This document shows positions 19,892 through 29,022 of a stretch of 64,000 bases of DNA, in pieces; the first letter of the stretch is position 1, and each line of letters begins with the position of its first letter. The stretch comes from an uncultured Acidobacteriota bacterium. Its GTDB lineage: Bacteria; Acidobacteriota; Thermoanaerobaculia; Multivoradales; JAHEKO01. The DNA is taken from the NCBI GenBank assembly GCA_963713825.1, contig CAVQNG010000003.1, positions 1,600,001 to 1,664,000 on the forward strand. The letters run 5' to 3'. A model generated the notes under the pieces. The model worked only from the letters and a program-made list of their open reading frames with translations, searched no databases and was not told the DNA's origin. The position numbers were made by a program, and so were the translations under genes.

Positions 19892-19923
19892 CCGAGTGCC
19901 TGCGCTAATCCGAAGGCATTAGT

Positions 19924-19940
19924 AGCAGGAATCGTGCCAC
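19924..19940 (-). promoter_or_regulatory. Sigma-54 -24/-12 promoter of the HK-RR operon
   Basis: GTGGCACGATTCCTGCT (GG-N10-GC) about 33 bp upstream of ATG 19891. Confidence 0.85.
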
Positions 19941-19999
19941 AAAAACAGATCTTTGAACCAGTGATGAGGCTATGTTTTCAGTGGTTTGCGTGTTTTGGT

Positions 20000-20044
20000 C
20001 CAAGATTTTGGCGGAACTCAACAATTTGGATTCAACAAATTGAC
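20000..20044. promoter_or_regulatory. Candidate enhancer (UAS) sites
   Basis: Three related imperfect palindromes, CCAAGATTTTGG, TCAACAATTTGGA and TCAACAAATTGA, 60-105 bp upstream of the sigma-54 site. Confidence 0.55.
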
Positions 20045-20156
20045 GCCGGGCTCGGGGGCGTCGGGCCATCGACCCATCGATAGTCGTGGCTCCATCCGGG
20101 CTTGCTGCCCTCGAATCGAGCAGAGTCGCTTGAAATGGGAGAGGGGGGGGCGAGGC

Positions 20157-22133
20157 TCAGAACTTGACTGCCACGCCGCCGGTGATCCGTTTGCGGAGCT
20201 CGTCGTCGTTCTCAGCGATCGTCGGTACCGCTTCGGGCATGCCGCGGCTGACTTCCATGCTGAGCTGCACGGCCCAGTCGGAAATGGCGTCGCCGAAGAT
20301 CACCAAATCCTGGCTCAGAAGGAGCTGCAGGCGCTCGAGCTCGACGAGGGTAGGCTGAGCCGCTCGGCGGCGCCATCGGCCCTGAGCCTGCTGTACCGGT
20401 GTCAACTCCTGTGCCATGTGATGGAAGGCCAGCAATACACCCGTAGAGGTCTGCCGGAACTGGGTATCGAGGGAGGTAACGAGATACCGCACTTCGTTCT
20501 CGTATCGAGAGCGGTCCGCGGCGAGCAGAATACCCCCTCCACCGACTGCAACACTGGATCTCAAGGTTGCCAAGATCATCGGAGTGAACTGATGACTGGC
20601 GGAGAACTGCATCTCAGGAATCTCGTCGCCACTGACCAGGTAGAGACTCTCGAGACGGTTGAAGAAATCCTCATTGAAGTAGAGGTGGAGCGTCTCGTCG
20701 AAGCGCCTGTGGGTAAAGCCCAGGCTCATCTGGTCGAAGTTCTCGCCCTTGCGCGCCACCAGCAGTTGATAGCAGTACTCTTCCGAGTAGCCGCACGCGC
20801 TGCTGTGCTCTTCAAACAGAACCGGGGTGAATCCCTGGTGGATCGTGTCCAATTGCAGGTTGTGAACCTGGTAGCTACCGGAGGCGTGAGCCCGCCAGTT
20901 CTGTCCAAGGCTGACAACCATTCCGCCGGTTGGAGAGACTGCCGACAGGTTGCCGTCCCGCATTGAGGAGAGGAATCCGGCCTCGACAATGATTGCCGGA
21001 CTGACCTGCACCCCAGCCTTGCCGAAGACATCCACTCTCTCGGTGGGCAGCGGCGCGACGAGTCCTCCGACGGTCGGTCTGGCCCCGAAGAACTCTGTCT
21101 GGCGGTCCAGGTAGCGGACACCTGTCTCGAAATTCGTGCGCGACGTCAGCGCTGTACTGTAGTTGCCTTCGATCCGCCATGAACGCGAGGCGTCCGGTAT
21201 GCCGATCGGCTCGATGGGAGCCTGGCGGTAGAAGTTGTTCTCTTCGGTGTAGTGCACCGCGAAATCGGACTGTCCGGTCTCGCCGACGCTTTGAGTCCAG
21301 CTGACACTGTGAGACTCCAGCCCGATATTGGAGAGGCCGGAGCTCTTCGTGCCAGGGGACACCATCCGGTTGCTCAGGGATGTCACCCGTACGGCAGATT
21401 GGTCGGAGTTCTCGACCTGGACCGAGACCAGCTGCGTTCTTCCATTCGAGGCGGATGCCGCGGACTGGGAGCTCGCTGTTGGCTGCAGCTCGACAAAGTT
21501 GCCAGTCAGGCCAATGTAGAGGTCGTTCACCTCTCCCTGAATCCCGACGCTGCCTCCAGCCATCTGGGCGTTGCCGACCTCGAGGCCTTCCTGCATGCCT
21601 GCGAGCGCGTGCATCTCGGTCTCGACATTTCGCGGCGCGAGGCGATGATCGAGAATTGCGTTGTTGACGTCGGCTTGGGATTCAGCTGCGGCAGTCTCGA
21701 TATCTCTCAGAACGTCGGACGGAATGCGGTCTCGAACGGTCCAGAAGTTGTTCTCGTCGGAGGGCTCTGTGGCCGAGTCCTCTTGCAGCTCCATGTCCAG
21801 AAACTGCTGCGCTTGGGCGCTGGCTCGTGTCAGCAGGGCAATACTGGGGACAAAGCCGTCCCGAAAAGCGATGACCTTGTACAAGCCAGCGGGGAGGCTG
21901 TTGAAACGGAAGTTGCCCTCGAGGTCACTGACGACTTTGCGCAAGCTGGTATCACCAAGGTGATACGCGTAGACCATGGATTGCGGCAGGGGAGAGGTCA
22001 GGCTTTGTACATGCCCGCTGAGTGCACCGCTTGCGGGACCGATGCCCTCATCGGCAGACACCACCCCGCCACCCAGAATGGACAGGGTCAGAACGGCAAG
22101 TAAGGTCTTCTTGGAATAGAGCATCCGCTGCAT
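20157..22133 (-). CDS. Outer-membrane beta-barrel-like protein with N-terminal carboxypeptidase-regulatory-like domain
   Basis: Signal peptide; GNFRFNSLPAGLYKVIAFRDGF; C-terminal GGVAVKF. Start moved to ATG 22133/22124 because ATG 22238 lies inside a promoter. Confidence 0.7.
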   Translation of the reverse strand: MQRMLYSKKTLLAVLTLSILGGGVVSADEGIGPASGALSGHVQSLTSPLPQSMVYAYHLGDTSLRKVVSDLEGNFRFNSLPAGLYKVIAFRDGFVPSIALLTRASAQAQQFLDMELQEDSATEPSDENNFWTVRDRIPSDVLRDIETAAAESQADVNNAILDHRLAPRNVETEMHALAGMQEGLEVGNAQMAGGSVGIQGEVNDLYIGLTGNFVELQPTASSQSAASASNGRTQLVSVQVENSDQSAVRVTSLSNRMVSPGTKSSGLSNIGLESHSVSWTQSVGETGQSDFAVHYTEENNFYRQAPIEPIGIPDASRSWRIEGNYSTALTSRTNFETGVRYLDRQTEFFGARPTVGGLVAPLPTERVDVFGKAGVQVSPAIIVEAGFLSSMRDGNLSAVSPTGGMVVSLGQNWRAHASGSYQVHNLQLDTIHQGFTPVLFEEHSSACGYSEEYCYQLLVARKGENFDQMSLGFTHRRFDETLHLYFNEDFFNRLESLYLVSGDEIPEMQFSASHQFTPMILATLRSSVAVGGGGILLAADRSRYENEVRYLVTSLDTQFRQTSTGVLLAFHHMAQELTPVQQAQGRWRRRAAQPTLVELERLQLLLSQDLVIFGDAISDWAVQLSMEVSRGMPEAVPTIAENDDELRKRITGGVAVKF

Positions 22134-22151
22134 GTAGCTATACAACCGTGC

Positions 22152-22181
22152 ATTATATTTGGATGTGGAGTCGGGTGTCAA
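22152..22181 (-). promoter_or_regulatory. Consensus sigma-70 promoter
   Basis: TTGACA-N18-TATAAT with both hexamers perfect. Confidence 0.75.
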
Positions 22182-22221
22182 AGTCTCCTTTCCGTTGTTC
22201 AAGCCACTAGGCGCAATGACT

Positions 22222-22238
22222 TGCAAGACCTGCGCCAT
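22222..22238 (-). promoter_or_regulatory. Sigma-54 -24/-12 promoter
   Basis: ATGGCGCAGGTCTTGCA (GG-N10-GC with TTGCA). Confidence 0.7.
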
Positions 22239-22239
22239 C

Positions 22240-22959
22240 TCAGATCGGCTCGGGCGTCCTTCCTCCGGTGAGGCAGATAACCGAGTTGGCGCCCGATTTC
22301 AGGAGGCATTGGGTTGCGGTGGCCAATGTGTTACGAGTTGTAACAACATCGTCGACAAGTAACACTCGGCTTGCCTTTACCCGCTGCAGGCCCGCGCGGG
22401 TTGTGATGAAGGCCCGGCGGAGGTTTCTTTCCCGCGAAGGTCGATTCAGAGCGGCCTGGGGCCGAGTCGCAGACCTGCGGCGCAGGGCTCGAACCAGGGG
22501 AAGTTCGAGGCCGTTGGCTACCGGCCGAGCGATCTCTTCCGCCTGATTGAAGCCGCGGCTCACTTGCCGGCGCCAATGCAGAGGCACTGGAACGACCAGG
22601 TCGACGTCCTCGATCAGGCATCTGTATCGGTGGCTCAGAGCACGGCCGAGATCGGCGCCCAGAAACGAGAGGCGTTGGAACTTCAACGCATGAATCACCT
22701 CGACGAGGGGTGGCTCGTAGGCCCAGCCGGAGTAGAGACACTCGAACGGGGGTGGATCTCGTCGACAGGCACTGCAGTGATAGCCAGCGGGCAGCGGATC
22801 GACTGCCAGTGGCTTGCTACAGCCGGTGCACACCGTCCTGGGGGTTGGGCGGAGCCCTGACGTGCACTCGGAGCATAGGCCCAGATTCAGGGCGATGATG
22901 CCTTCGATTCGATGGCAGGCTACGCAGACGGGTGGCAGCACCAACGAAAGCAGCCGCAT
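22240..22959 (-). CDS. comF: ComF family protein (double zinc ribbon + PRT domain)
   Basis: Four CxxC pairs, VPVPLH, RGFNQAE, LLVDDVVTT. Confidence 0.9.
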   Translation of the reverse strand: MRLLSLVLPPVCVACHRIEGIIALNLGLCSECTSGLRPTPRTVCTGCSKPLAVDPLPAGYHCSACRRDPPPFECLYSGWAYEPPLVEVIHALKFQRLSFLGADLGRALSHRYRCLIEDVDLVVPVPLHWRRQVSRGFNQAEEIARPVANGLELPLVRALRRRSATRPQAALNRPSRERNLRRAFITTRAGLQRVKASRVLLVDDVVTTRNTLATATQCLLKSGANSVICLTGGRTPEPI

Positions 22960-23184
22960 GCCGGTCTCTTCGAGCTCTTTCTTCCAGATCTGTGACAATC
23001 AGGGTACTCCAGCGTACGAAACAGGTGACAGTAGTCGATCTCTGATCCCGAGTGGCCTTTCAGTCCAGCCCTGCCGTCGGTATAGACGGGAAAAAGGTCG
23101 ATATACTTGCGATTCGAATTGGTCCCGGGAATCGGTCGCCCTCACGAACGAGTGAGGTGCAGCGGTCCAAGAGTGGGGGAAAAC

Positions 23185-23745
23185 GTGAGACGAAAGCAGA
23201 TTCTGGTCGTCCTTCTTCTGGCAGGCTTGCTATTGACTCCAGTGGCCACCAGGGCCCAGGAGCTCTACTCTTTTACCGGCAGTCTCATGCTCGGATTGGG
23301 CGGATCTTTTGACGAAAGCGAGGCAGGCTTCGGAAACCCCTCGTTCCAACTGGGCTTCTCCCATGTTCTCGAGAACAGGACTCATGTGGGTTTTCGACTC
23401 GGTTACCTTGGCTTCGGTTCGAACGATTACGTGGGTGAGCTCAAAGGAGCCGATCTGACCTACCTCAACGTCAGTGGCGAGTACCGGGCGGCGAAAGGCT
23501 CCTTCTCCGGCAGTCTCATGGAATCCGGTGTCTACATCGGCCTCGGTGGCTACCAATTGAGCGGCGATACCGACGATGGCCGGAGTGAGAACGGCACCTC
23601 CATCGGTTTGGTTCTGGGACTCACGGGTGACATCGAGATTTCCCCCAGCTTCGCCGTCAGGATCGAGCTCAGCGGCCACATCCTGAGCTCCGATGTGGCC
23701 CGTTACTTTGGCCTCGCACAGGTCGGCGTGACCTATCGCTTCTAG
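23185..23745 (+). CDS. Small outer-membrane beta-barrel protein
   Basis: GTG 23185 after GGGGGA; signal peptide; alternating beta-strands; ends GVTYRF. Confidence 0.75.
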   Translation: MRRKQILVVLLLAGLLLTPVATRAQELYSFTGSLMLGLGGSFDESEAGFGNPSFQLGFSHVLENRTHVGFRLGYLGFGSNDYVGELKGADLTYLNVSGEYRAAKGSFSGSLMESGVYIGLGGYQLSGDTDDGRSENGTSIGLVLGLTGDIEISPSFAVRIELSGHILSSDVARYFGLAQVGVTYRF

Positions 23746-23768
23746 CAAGCAGCTCTCGGCAGTCGATC

Positions 23769-24899
23769 TTGTTCTCCGAAAACCAGTCTCCATCGTCGGA
23801 CCAACGCAGCGCAGTTCTGGTGGGCTTGAGCCTGCCAGGTCAACCCGGCTGGTTGGTCGAAGAGCACCTGGACGAGTTGGCCGAGCTCACCCGTAGCGCT
23901 GGGGTCGAGGTGGCAGCTCGGGCCATGCAGCAGCGCAAGACGCCTCACGCTGGCACCTTCATCGGCCGGGGCAAGGCGGAGGAGGTCGGCGCAGCTGCTC
24001 GGGAGCTGGGCGCCGATCTGGCGATCTTCGATGACGACCTGTCGGCCAGCCAGGTCAAGAACCTAGAGGAGATTCTCGACCTGCAGGTCATCGACCGGAG
24101 CGGGTTGATTCTCGAGATCTTCGTGCAGAGAGCCCGTACCGGGGAGGCCCGGACCCAGGTCGAGCTGGCGCGCCTCGAGTACCTCCTACCACGCCTGACG
24201 CGTCGTTGGACTCACCTCTCTCGACAGGTGGGTGGTATCGGTGTGCGGGGAGGCGAGGGAGAAACGCAGCTGGAAGCCGATCGGCGGATGTTGCGCCAGC
24301 GGATCCGTCAGCTGAAACGGGATTTGGAGAAGATCGAACGGACACGTCAGGTCCAGAGGCGAGGGCGCCGCGATGCTCTGCAGATTGCACTGGCTGGTTA
24401 CACCAACGCGGGTAAGTCAACGCTCTTCAATCAGCTCACCAAAGCAGGCGCCCGAGTCGAAGACCGGCTCTTTGCGACGTTGGACTCGAAGCTGCGCCGG
24501 GGGGCTTTGAGTCCGGACACAGTGGCGGTCTTCGCCGACACGGTTGGGTTCATTCGCAAGCTCCCGCATCATCTGGTCGCCTCGTTCAAGAGCACGCTGG
24601 AAGAGATCACATACGCCGACCTGGTGCTCCACGTCGTCGATCGCAGTCATCCCCAGTGGCAGGATCAACTCGAAGTAGGCGAGGCCGTCCTCCAGGACCT
24701 GGGAGTCGATGGCGACCGCGTCGTGACGCTGTTCAACAAGTCCGACCTCGCTGGCGACCCGGCACGTTCCACCGAGGGTGCTCTGTGGATCTCTGCGCGG
24801 ACGGGCTCGGGACTGGAAGGTATGAAGAAGGCCATCCTCGAGCGCTTGGTGCCAGCCAAGGCCGATTCCGACTCCACCGAGCTCACCGCCGATTCCTGA
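23769..24899 (+). CDS. hflX: GTPase HflX
   Basis: GEGETQLEADRR, GYTNAGKS, LFATLD, DTVGF, NKSD. Confidence 0.96.
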   Translation: MFSENQSPSSDQRSAVLVGLSLPGQPGWLVEEHLDELAELTRSAGVEVAARAMQQRKTPHAGTFIGRGKAEEVGAAARELGADLAIFDDDLSASQVKNLEEILDLQVIDRSGLILEIFVQRARTGEARTQVELARLEYLLPRLTRRWTHLSRQVGGIGVRGGEGETQLEADRRMLRQRIRQLKRDLEKIERTRQVQRRGRRDALQIALAGYTNAGKSTLFNQLTKAGARVEDRLFATLDSKLRRGALSPDTVAVFADTVGFIRKLPHHLVASFKSTLEEITYADLVLHVVDRSHPQWQDQLEVGEAVLQDLGVDGDRVVTLFNKSDLAGDPARSTEGALWISARTGSGLEGMKKAILERLVPAKADSDSTELTADS

Positions 24900-24989
24900 T
24901 CGCCGCACTCCAGGTCGCTCCCGGCTGGGCCTCGCACCAAGCCATCGTTAGCTAGTTCATACCCAGTGCGCTCGTGCTCTGCCTAGACT

Positions 24990-27443
24990 TTGTTTGTCGT
25001 GAGAGATCCAGTGCATCTGTTGTCTCTGCTGGCGTTCCTGGTGACCGGCTTCCATCTGGCGCTTGGCGTCTACCTCTTGAAGTCCAACCCACGGGCAGCG
25101 CTGAACCGGATCTTCTTTCTGATCTGCGTCAGCTTGGCTTTCTGGTCGTTCGGATTCTCCTTTCTCCAGGGCGCTCCGACCAAGGAGGAGGCCTGGTTCT
25201 GGTTCAAGGTGTCGTCACCGGGATGGACGCTGACACCGTCGCTTCTCCTGCACTTTCTGATTCTTCTGGTGCGGAAGGAGAAGCTCCTCGATCGGCGGGG
25301 CGCCTACGTGGCGCTCTACGCACCGGCTTTCTACTTCTTCGGGCGGGCACTGTTCGGAGAAATGGGGGTCGTCGATTTCGTGGAGACCCCATTCGGCTGG
25401 TCGGACGTCTACGGTCCACTCTCGGTCGGCTACGCGATCTACCTGGTCTACTTCTCGAGCTACATCCTTTATGGGCTGTGGCTGGTCTGGCAGTTTGGAC
25501 GCCAGAGCGAGGTGATTGCCGAGCGGCGGCAGGCGGCTGTGCTCGTCTATTCGGGGGCCCCTGTCCTGGCAGCGGTCGCCATTTCAGGGATCTTCCTGCC
25601 CTGGGCCGGGATTCGCAATCCTCCGGAAGTGGCGCACCTGATCGCCCTGCTCTGGGTCCTGGTGATCTGGAATGCGGTGTCGAAATACAAGCTGATGTTG
25701 ATGACCCCTGCGGCGGTCGCACCGAACATCCTGCGGACCATGGTAGACGCCGTGATCCTTCTGGGACGCGACAGGACGATCGTGACGTCCAACAAGGCTG
25801 CTCGTAGACTTTTCGCAGCTTCGGGCCGGAAGCTCGAGGGTCTCAGCCTGGGGCAGGTCTTCGGCGGCCCCGATTCGGAGACGGCACTCGAAACGGAGCG
25901 CTTCCTTCTCGACGGCGGGGAGAACCTCGAGGTCTCCTTTCGGCCTGAGGATGGCGATGAGGTAGTGCTCAGGGTCTCGACCTCCGAAGTTCTCGACTAC
26001 TTCGAGCAGCCCATGGGCGAGGTACTGGTGTTTCGGGACGTGACTGCCGAGAAGAGGGCCGAAGCCGATCTACGCTACCTGGCAACGCACGATTCGCTGA
26101 CGGATTTGCCGAACCGGTCGCTCCTACAAGATCGACTCGACAGAGCGGTGAGCCGATCGCAACGAGAGAGCGTCGGTTTCGCGGTCATCATGTTCGATCT
26201 CGACGATTTCAAGCGGGTCAACGACGACATCGACCATGTGGTTGGCGATGCGGTTCTGAAAACGACCGCCAGGCGCCTGGCACACTGCGTTCGTGGTCTC
26301 GACACGGTCTGTCGATTGGGCGGTGACGAATTCCTGCTCGTGGTCGAAGACCTGGTCGAGGTTGATGAGGCAGACATCATCGCCCGGCGAATCATGCGGT
26401 CGTTTGAAGAACCCATGAACGCCCTGGGTCACTCGATCACCGTGACGGGGAGCATCGGAATCAGCACCTATCCGGCCGACTCCGACGAGCCGACCACCCT
26501 GGTGAAGATGGCTGATCTGGCACTCAACACCGCGAAACAGGCGGGGCGGGGGCTGTATCGCTTCTTCTCACCGAATATGGAGGCTTCGAACCGTCAGCGG
26601 ATCCAGATCGAGAACGGGCTGCAGGACGCCATCGGGAAGGAAGAGCTCTACCTCGCATACCAACCCCTCTTCGACTTCGAGGCGGGTCATATCGCGGGTG
26701 TCGAGGCCCTGATTCGCTGGAACTCTCCTGAGCTGGGCCAACTCGCCCCGATGGAGTTCATTCCGGTGGCCGAGCGCTCGGGACTCATCGTCAAGGTAGG
26801 GGAGTGGGTGTTGCGCACAGCCTGTCAGCAGAACGTGGCCTGGCAGGAGGCTGGACTTCCCAAGGTACCGATCAGTGTCAACGTCTCGGCCCGGCAACTT
26901 CGCGAGGAAGACTTCGCCCAGAGGGTGGTCGAGATCATCGAAGAAACCGGACTCGATCCCAGGTTGCTCGAGATCGAGTTGACCGAGACCGCTGTCATGG
27001 AGAACCTCAGTCGGTCGCGAAAGATCCTGGATGCGCTGGCTGATGCAGGGGTCCGATTGGTCATCGATGACTTCGGTACGGGTTACTCCTCACTCGCCCG
27101 ACTGCGACAGTTACCCATCGAGGCCATCAAAGTGGACCGCTCGTTCATCGAGAACATCTGTGAAGACGAACGGGACCTGTCCCTGGTGATGGCCATCGTG
27201 GCCATGGCCAGGAACCTGGGTCTTCAGGTCGTCGCCGAAGGCGTCGAGACACTCGATCAGCTCAAGGCGCTCAATGGCCTGGAAGACATGCCTCTGCCCA
27301 GATTCCATTGTGACCGGGTACAGGGTTTCCTCTTTAGCAAACCGGTCGAGGGTGCCGAGCTGGCGCGTTTGTTCACCCGCAGCGAAAGCGAAGTCGAGCC
27401 CTTCCGCAGCATCCGACGCGTCCTGCACGAAACAGCAGCGTAG
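24990..27443 (+). CDS. 7TM-PAS-GGDEF-EAL c-di-GMP enzyme
   Basis: About 7 N-terminal TM helices; HDSLTDLPNR; RGLD I-site with intact GGDEF; EAL, DDFGTGYSS, EGVET, QGF. Confidence 0.93.
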   Translation: MFVVRDPVHLLSLLAFLVTGFHLALGVYLLKSNPRAALNRIFFLICVSLAFWSFGFSFLQGAPTKEEAWFWFKVSSPGWTLTPSLLLHFLILLVRKEKLLDRRGAYVALYAPAFYFFGRALFGEMGVVDFVETPFGWSDVYGPLSVGYAIYLVYFSSYILYGLWLVWQFGRQSEVIAERRQAAVLVYSGAPVLAAVAISGIFLPWAGIRNPPEVAHLIALLWVLVIWNAVSKYKLMLMTPAAVAPNILRTMVDAVILLGRDRTIVTSNKAARRLFAASGRKLEGLSLGQVFGGPDSETALETERFLLDGGENLEVSFRPEDGDEVVLRVSTSEVLDYFEQPMGEVLVFRDVTAEKRAEADLRYLATHDSLTDLPNRSLLQDRLDRAVSRSQRESVGFAVIMFDLDDFKRVNDDIDHVVGDAVLKTTARRLAHCVRGLDTVCRLGGDEFLLVVEDLVEVDEADIIARRIMRSFEEPMNALGHSITVTGSIGISTYPADSDEPTTLVKMADLALNTAKQAGRGLYRFFSPNMEASNRQRIQIENGLQDAIGKEELYLAYQPLFDFEAGHIAGVEALIRWNSPELGQLAPMEFIPVAERSGLIVKVGEWVLRTACQQNVAWQEAGLPKVPISVNVSARQLREEDFAQRVVEIIEETGLDPRLLEIELTETAVMENLSRSRKILDALADAGVRLVIDDFGTGYSSLARLRQLPIEAIKVDRSFIENICEDERDLSLVMAIVAMARNLGLQVVAEGVETLDQLKALNGLEDMPLPRFHCDRVQGFLFSKPVEGAELARLFTRSESEVEPFRSIRRVLHETAA

Positions 27444-27673
27444 GACTCCCCCTCCCACCCTGAGGGTTGAGGCGGTCGGCCAAGGAGTGCCGACCGGTCC
27501 TCGAAGGCTTGGGGGTTGAAGCGGCCGGACCTGTGCCGGCCGGTCTTTGAGGTAGTGGGGCAGTGAGGGAGACCCCTTGCCCGATCTACGTACCGGCTGG
27601 GTGCATCAAGACTCCCTTAGGAGAGTCACACTACACCCCTACGCCCCTAGGCCCTTTACGCCCCTTTACGCCC
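27441..27673 (+). repeat. Composite intergenic repeat, copy 3 (hairpin module and VNTR only)
   Basis: TAGGAC...CCCTGAGGGTTGAGGCGG, GGGGGTTGAAGCGGCCGG, GAGGGAGACCCCTTGCCCGATCTAC and CCCCTACG-type repeats are shared with copies 1 and 2; lies between convergent genes. Confidence 0.85.
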
Positions 27674-29017
27674 TCAACTCAATGGCAAGCGGAGTCGAGC
27701 GCAGCAGCCGCGGCGATCGGCACGGTTCTCGAGGGTCAGGCTGCCGCCGTGCGCTTCCGCGATCTGCCGGCTCAAGACCAGGCCGATGCCGGAGCCTCCC
27801 GGTTTCGTCGTAAAGAATGGGACGAAGAGATTGGCGCTCGCGGGCAGGCCTGGCCCCTCGTCGCGGACCAGCACCTCGCAGCTGTCGGCTCGGCGCGACC
27901 AGCTGATCTGGACACCACCGCCCGTCTCGAGTGAGGCCTCGACGGCGTTCTTGACGATGTTGATCAGGGCCTGCTCGACCTGGGCCCGGTCGGCTTGTAC
28001 GCTGAGCGTTGGGCCCTCGGTGACCTCGACGCGTAGTCGGGACTCCATCGCGGCGGCGTGCTTGACCGCGCCCGGGATGGGCAGCGACTCGAGAGTGGGC
28101 TCCGGCAGGCGCGCCAGCTGCGAGTACGACGCCATGAATCGGCTCAAGGCCTCCGATCGCTGGCGAATCACATCGAGGCCACTGCGAAGGTCCTCATGCC
28201 ACTCTTCGGCCCCGGGCTGCTTGTCGGTGAGTCGGTGCAAGGTGTCGGCGGTGGACTTGATCGGGCCGAGGGAATTGTTGAGCTCGTGTCCCAGGACTCG
28301 GATCAGACGCTGCCAGGTCTGGCGTTCTTCCTGTCGCAGCGTCTTGCTCAGATCGGTGATGACCAGCAGCTGATGGGGCATGCCTTCCTGCCTGAAGGTA
28401 CTTCGCCGGACCCTCCAACGTCCGACGGCGCCTGGAAAGGCGCGCTCGACTGTGCCGGGAAGCTCGCCGTCGAGCCAGTCTTCCAGACCCAACTCCTCCG
28501 CCGAGCTACCGAGCAGCCGGGACGAGGGGCGAGCCAGGATTCTCTCGCCGGCACGATTGACCAGTCGCAGCCGGTGCTCCGGGTCGAAGGTGAAGACCGC
28601 GACGTCGATCTCGGCCATCACGGCACGTAGTAGAGCCGAGGCCTCGAGCGCGCCGAGGCGTTGATCGCTCAGGCTCTCGCTCAGCAGGTTGATCTCCCGA
28701 AAGACGTCGTCCAGTGCGTCGTTGACATCCTGTCGGTGGCCTCGCAAGGAATAGTCTTCCTGTCGCAGGGCCTCGAGAAGGCTTGAAATGGTGCGCAGGG
28801 AGTAGACGGCTCGGCGCCGCACCAGGACGGCCAGGCCGACCCAGGAGATCGCCAGGAGGATCGTCAGCGTCCACTGCGTCGAAGGCGGGAGGTTCGAGGT
28901 CCAGAGGAGAGCCAGGCCGAGGATGGAGCCTGGCAGCCCCACTGCCAGTGCCAGCAGAAACAGGCGTCGCTCGCTGCTCAGGTGAAAGCGGGGACTCGGC
29001 CGCATACCGGACCCCAT
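27674..29017 (-). CDS. PAS sensor histidine kinase (NtrY-like)
   Basis: WQRLIRVLGHELNNSL, KNAVEA, DEGPG, FFTTKPGGSGIGL. Confidence 0.93.
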   Translation of the reverse strand: MGSGMRPSPRFHLSSERRLFLLALAVGLPGSILGLALLWTSNLPPSTQWTLTILLAISWVGLAVLVRRRAVYSLRTISSLLEALRQEDYSLRGHRQDVNDALDDVFREINLLSESLSDQRLGALEASALLRAVMAEIDVAVFTFDPEHRLRLVNRAGERILARPSSRLLGSSAEELGLEDWLDGELPGTVERAFPGAVGRWRVRRSTFRQEGMPHQLLVITDLSKTLRQEERQTWQRLIRVLGHELNNSLGPIKSTADTLHRLTDKQPGAEEWHEDLRSGLDVIRQRSEALSRFMASYSQLARLPEPTLESLPIPGAVKHAAAMESRLRVEVTEGPTLSVQADRAQVEQALINIVKNAVEASLETGGGVQISWSRRADSCEVLVRDEGPGLPASANLFVPFFTTKPGGSGIGLVLSRQIAEAHGGSLTLENRADRRGCCARLRLPLS

Positions 29018-29022
29018 TCTAG

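Noticed and set aside
22134-22238. ORF-track N-terminal extensions (also 1748-2020, 9115-9303, 12701-12745, 41326-41427, 47045-47146, 53593-54012, 59717-59845)
   Set aside because: They overlap promoters or neighbouring genes; downstream starts have better SD, signal peptide or family N-terminus.
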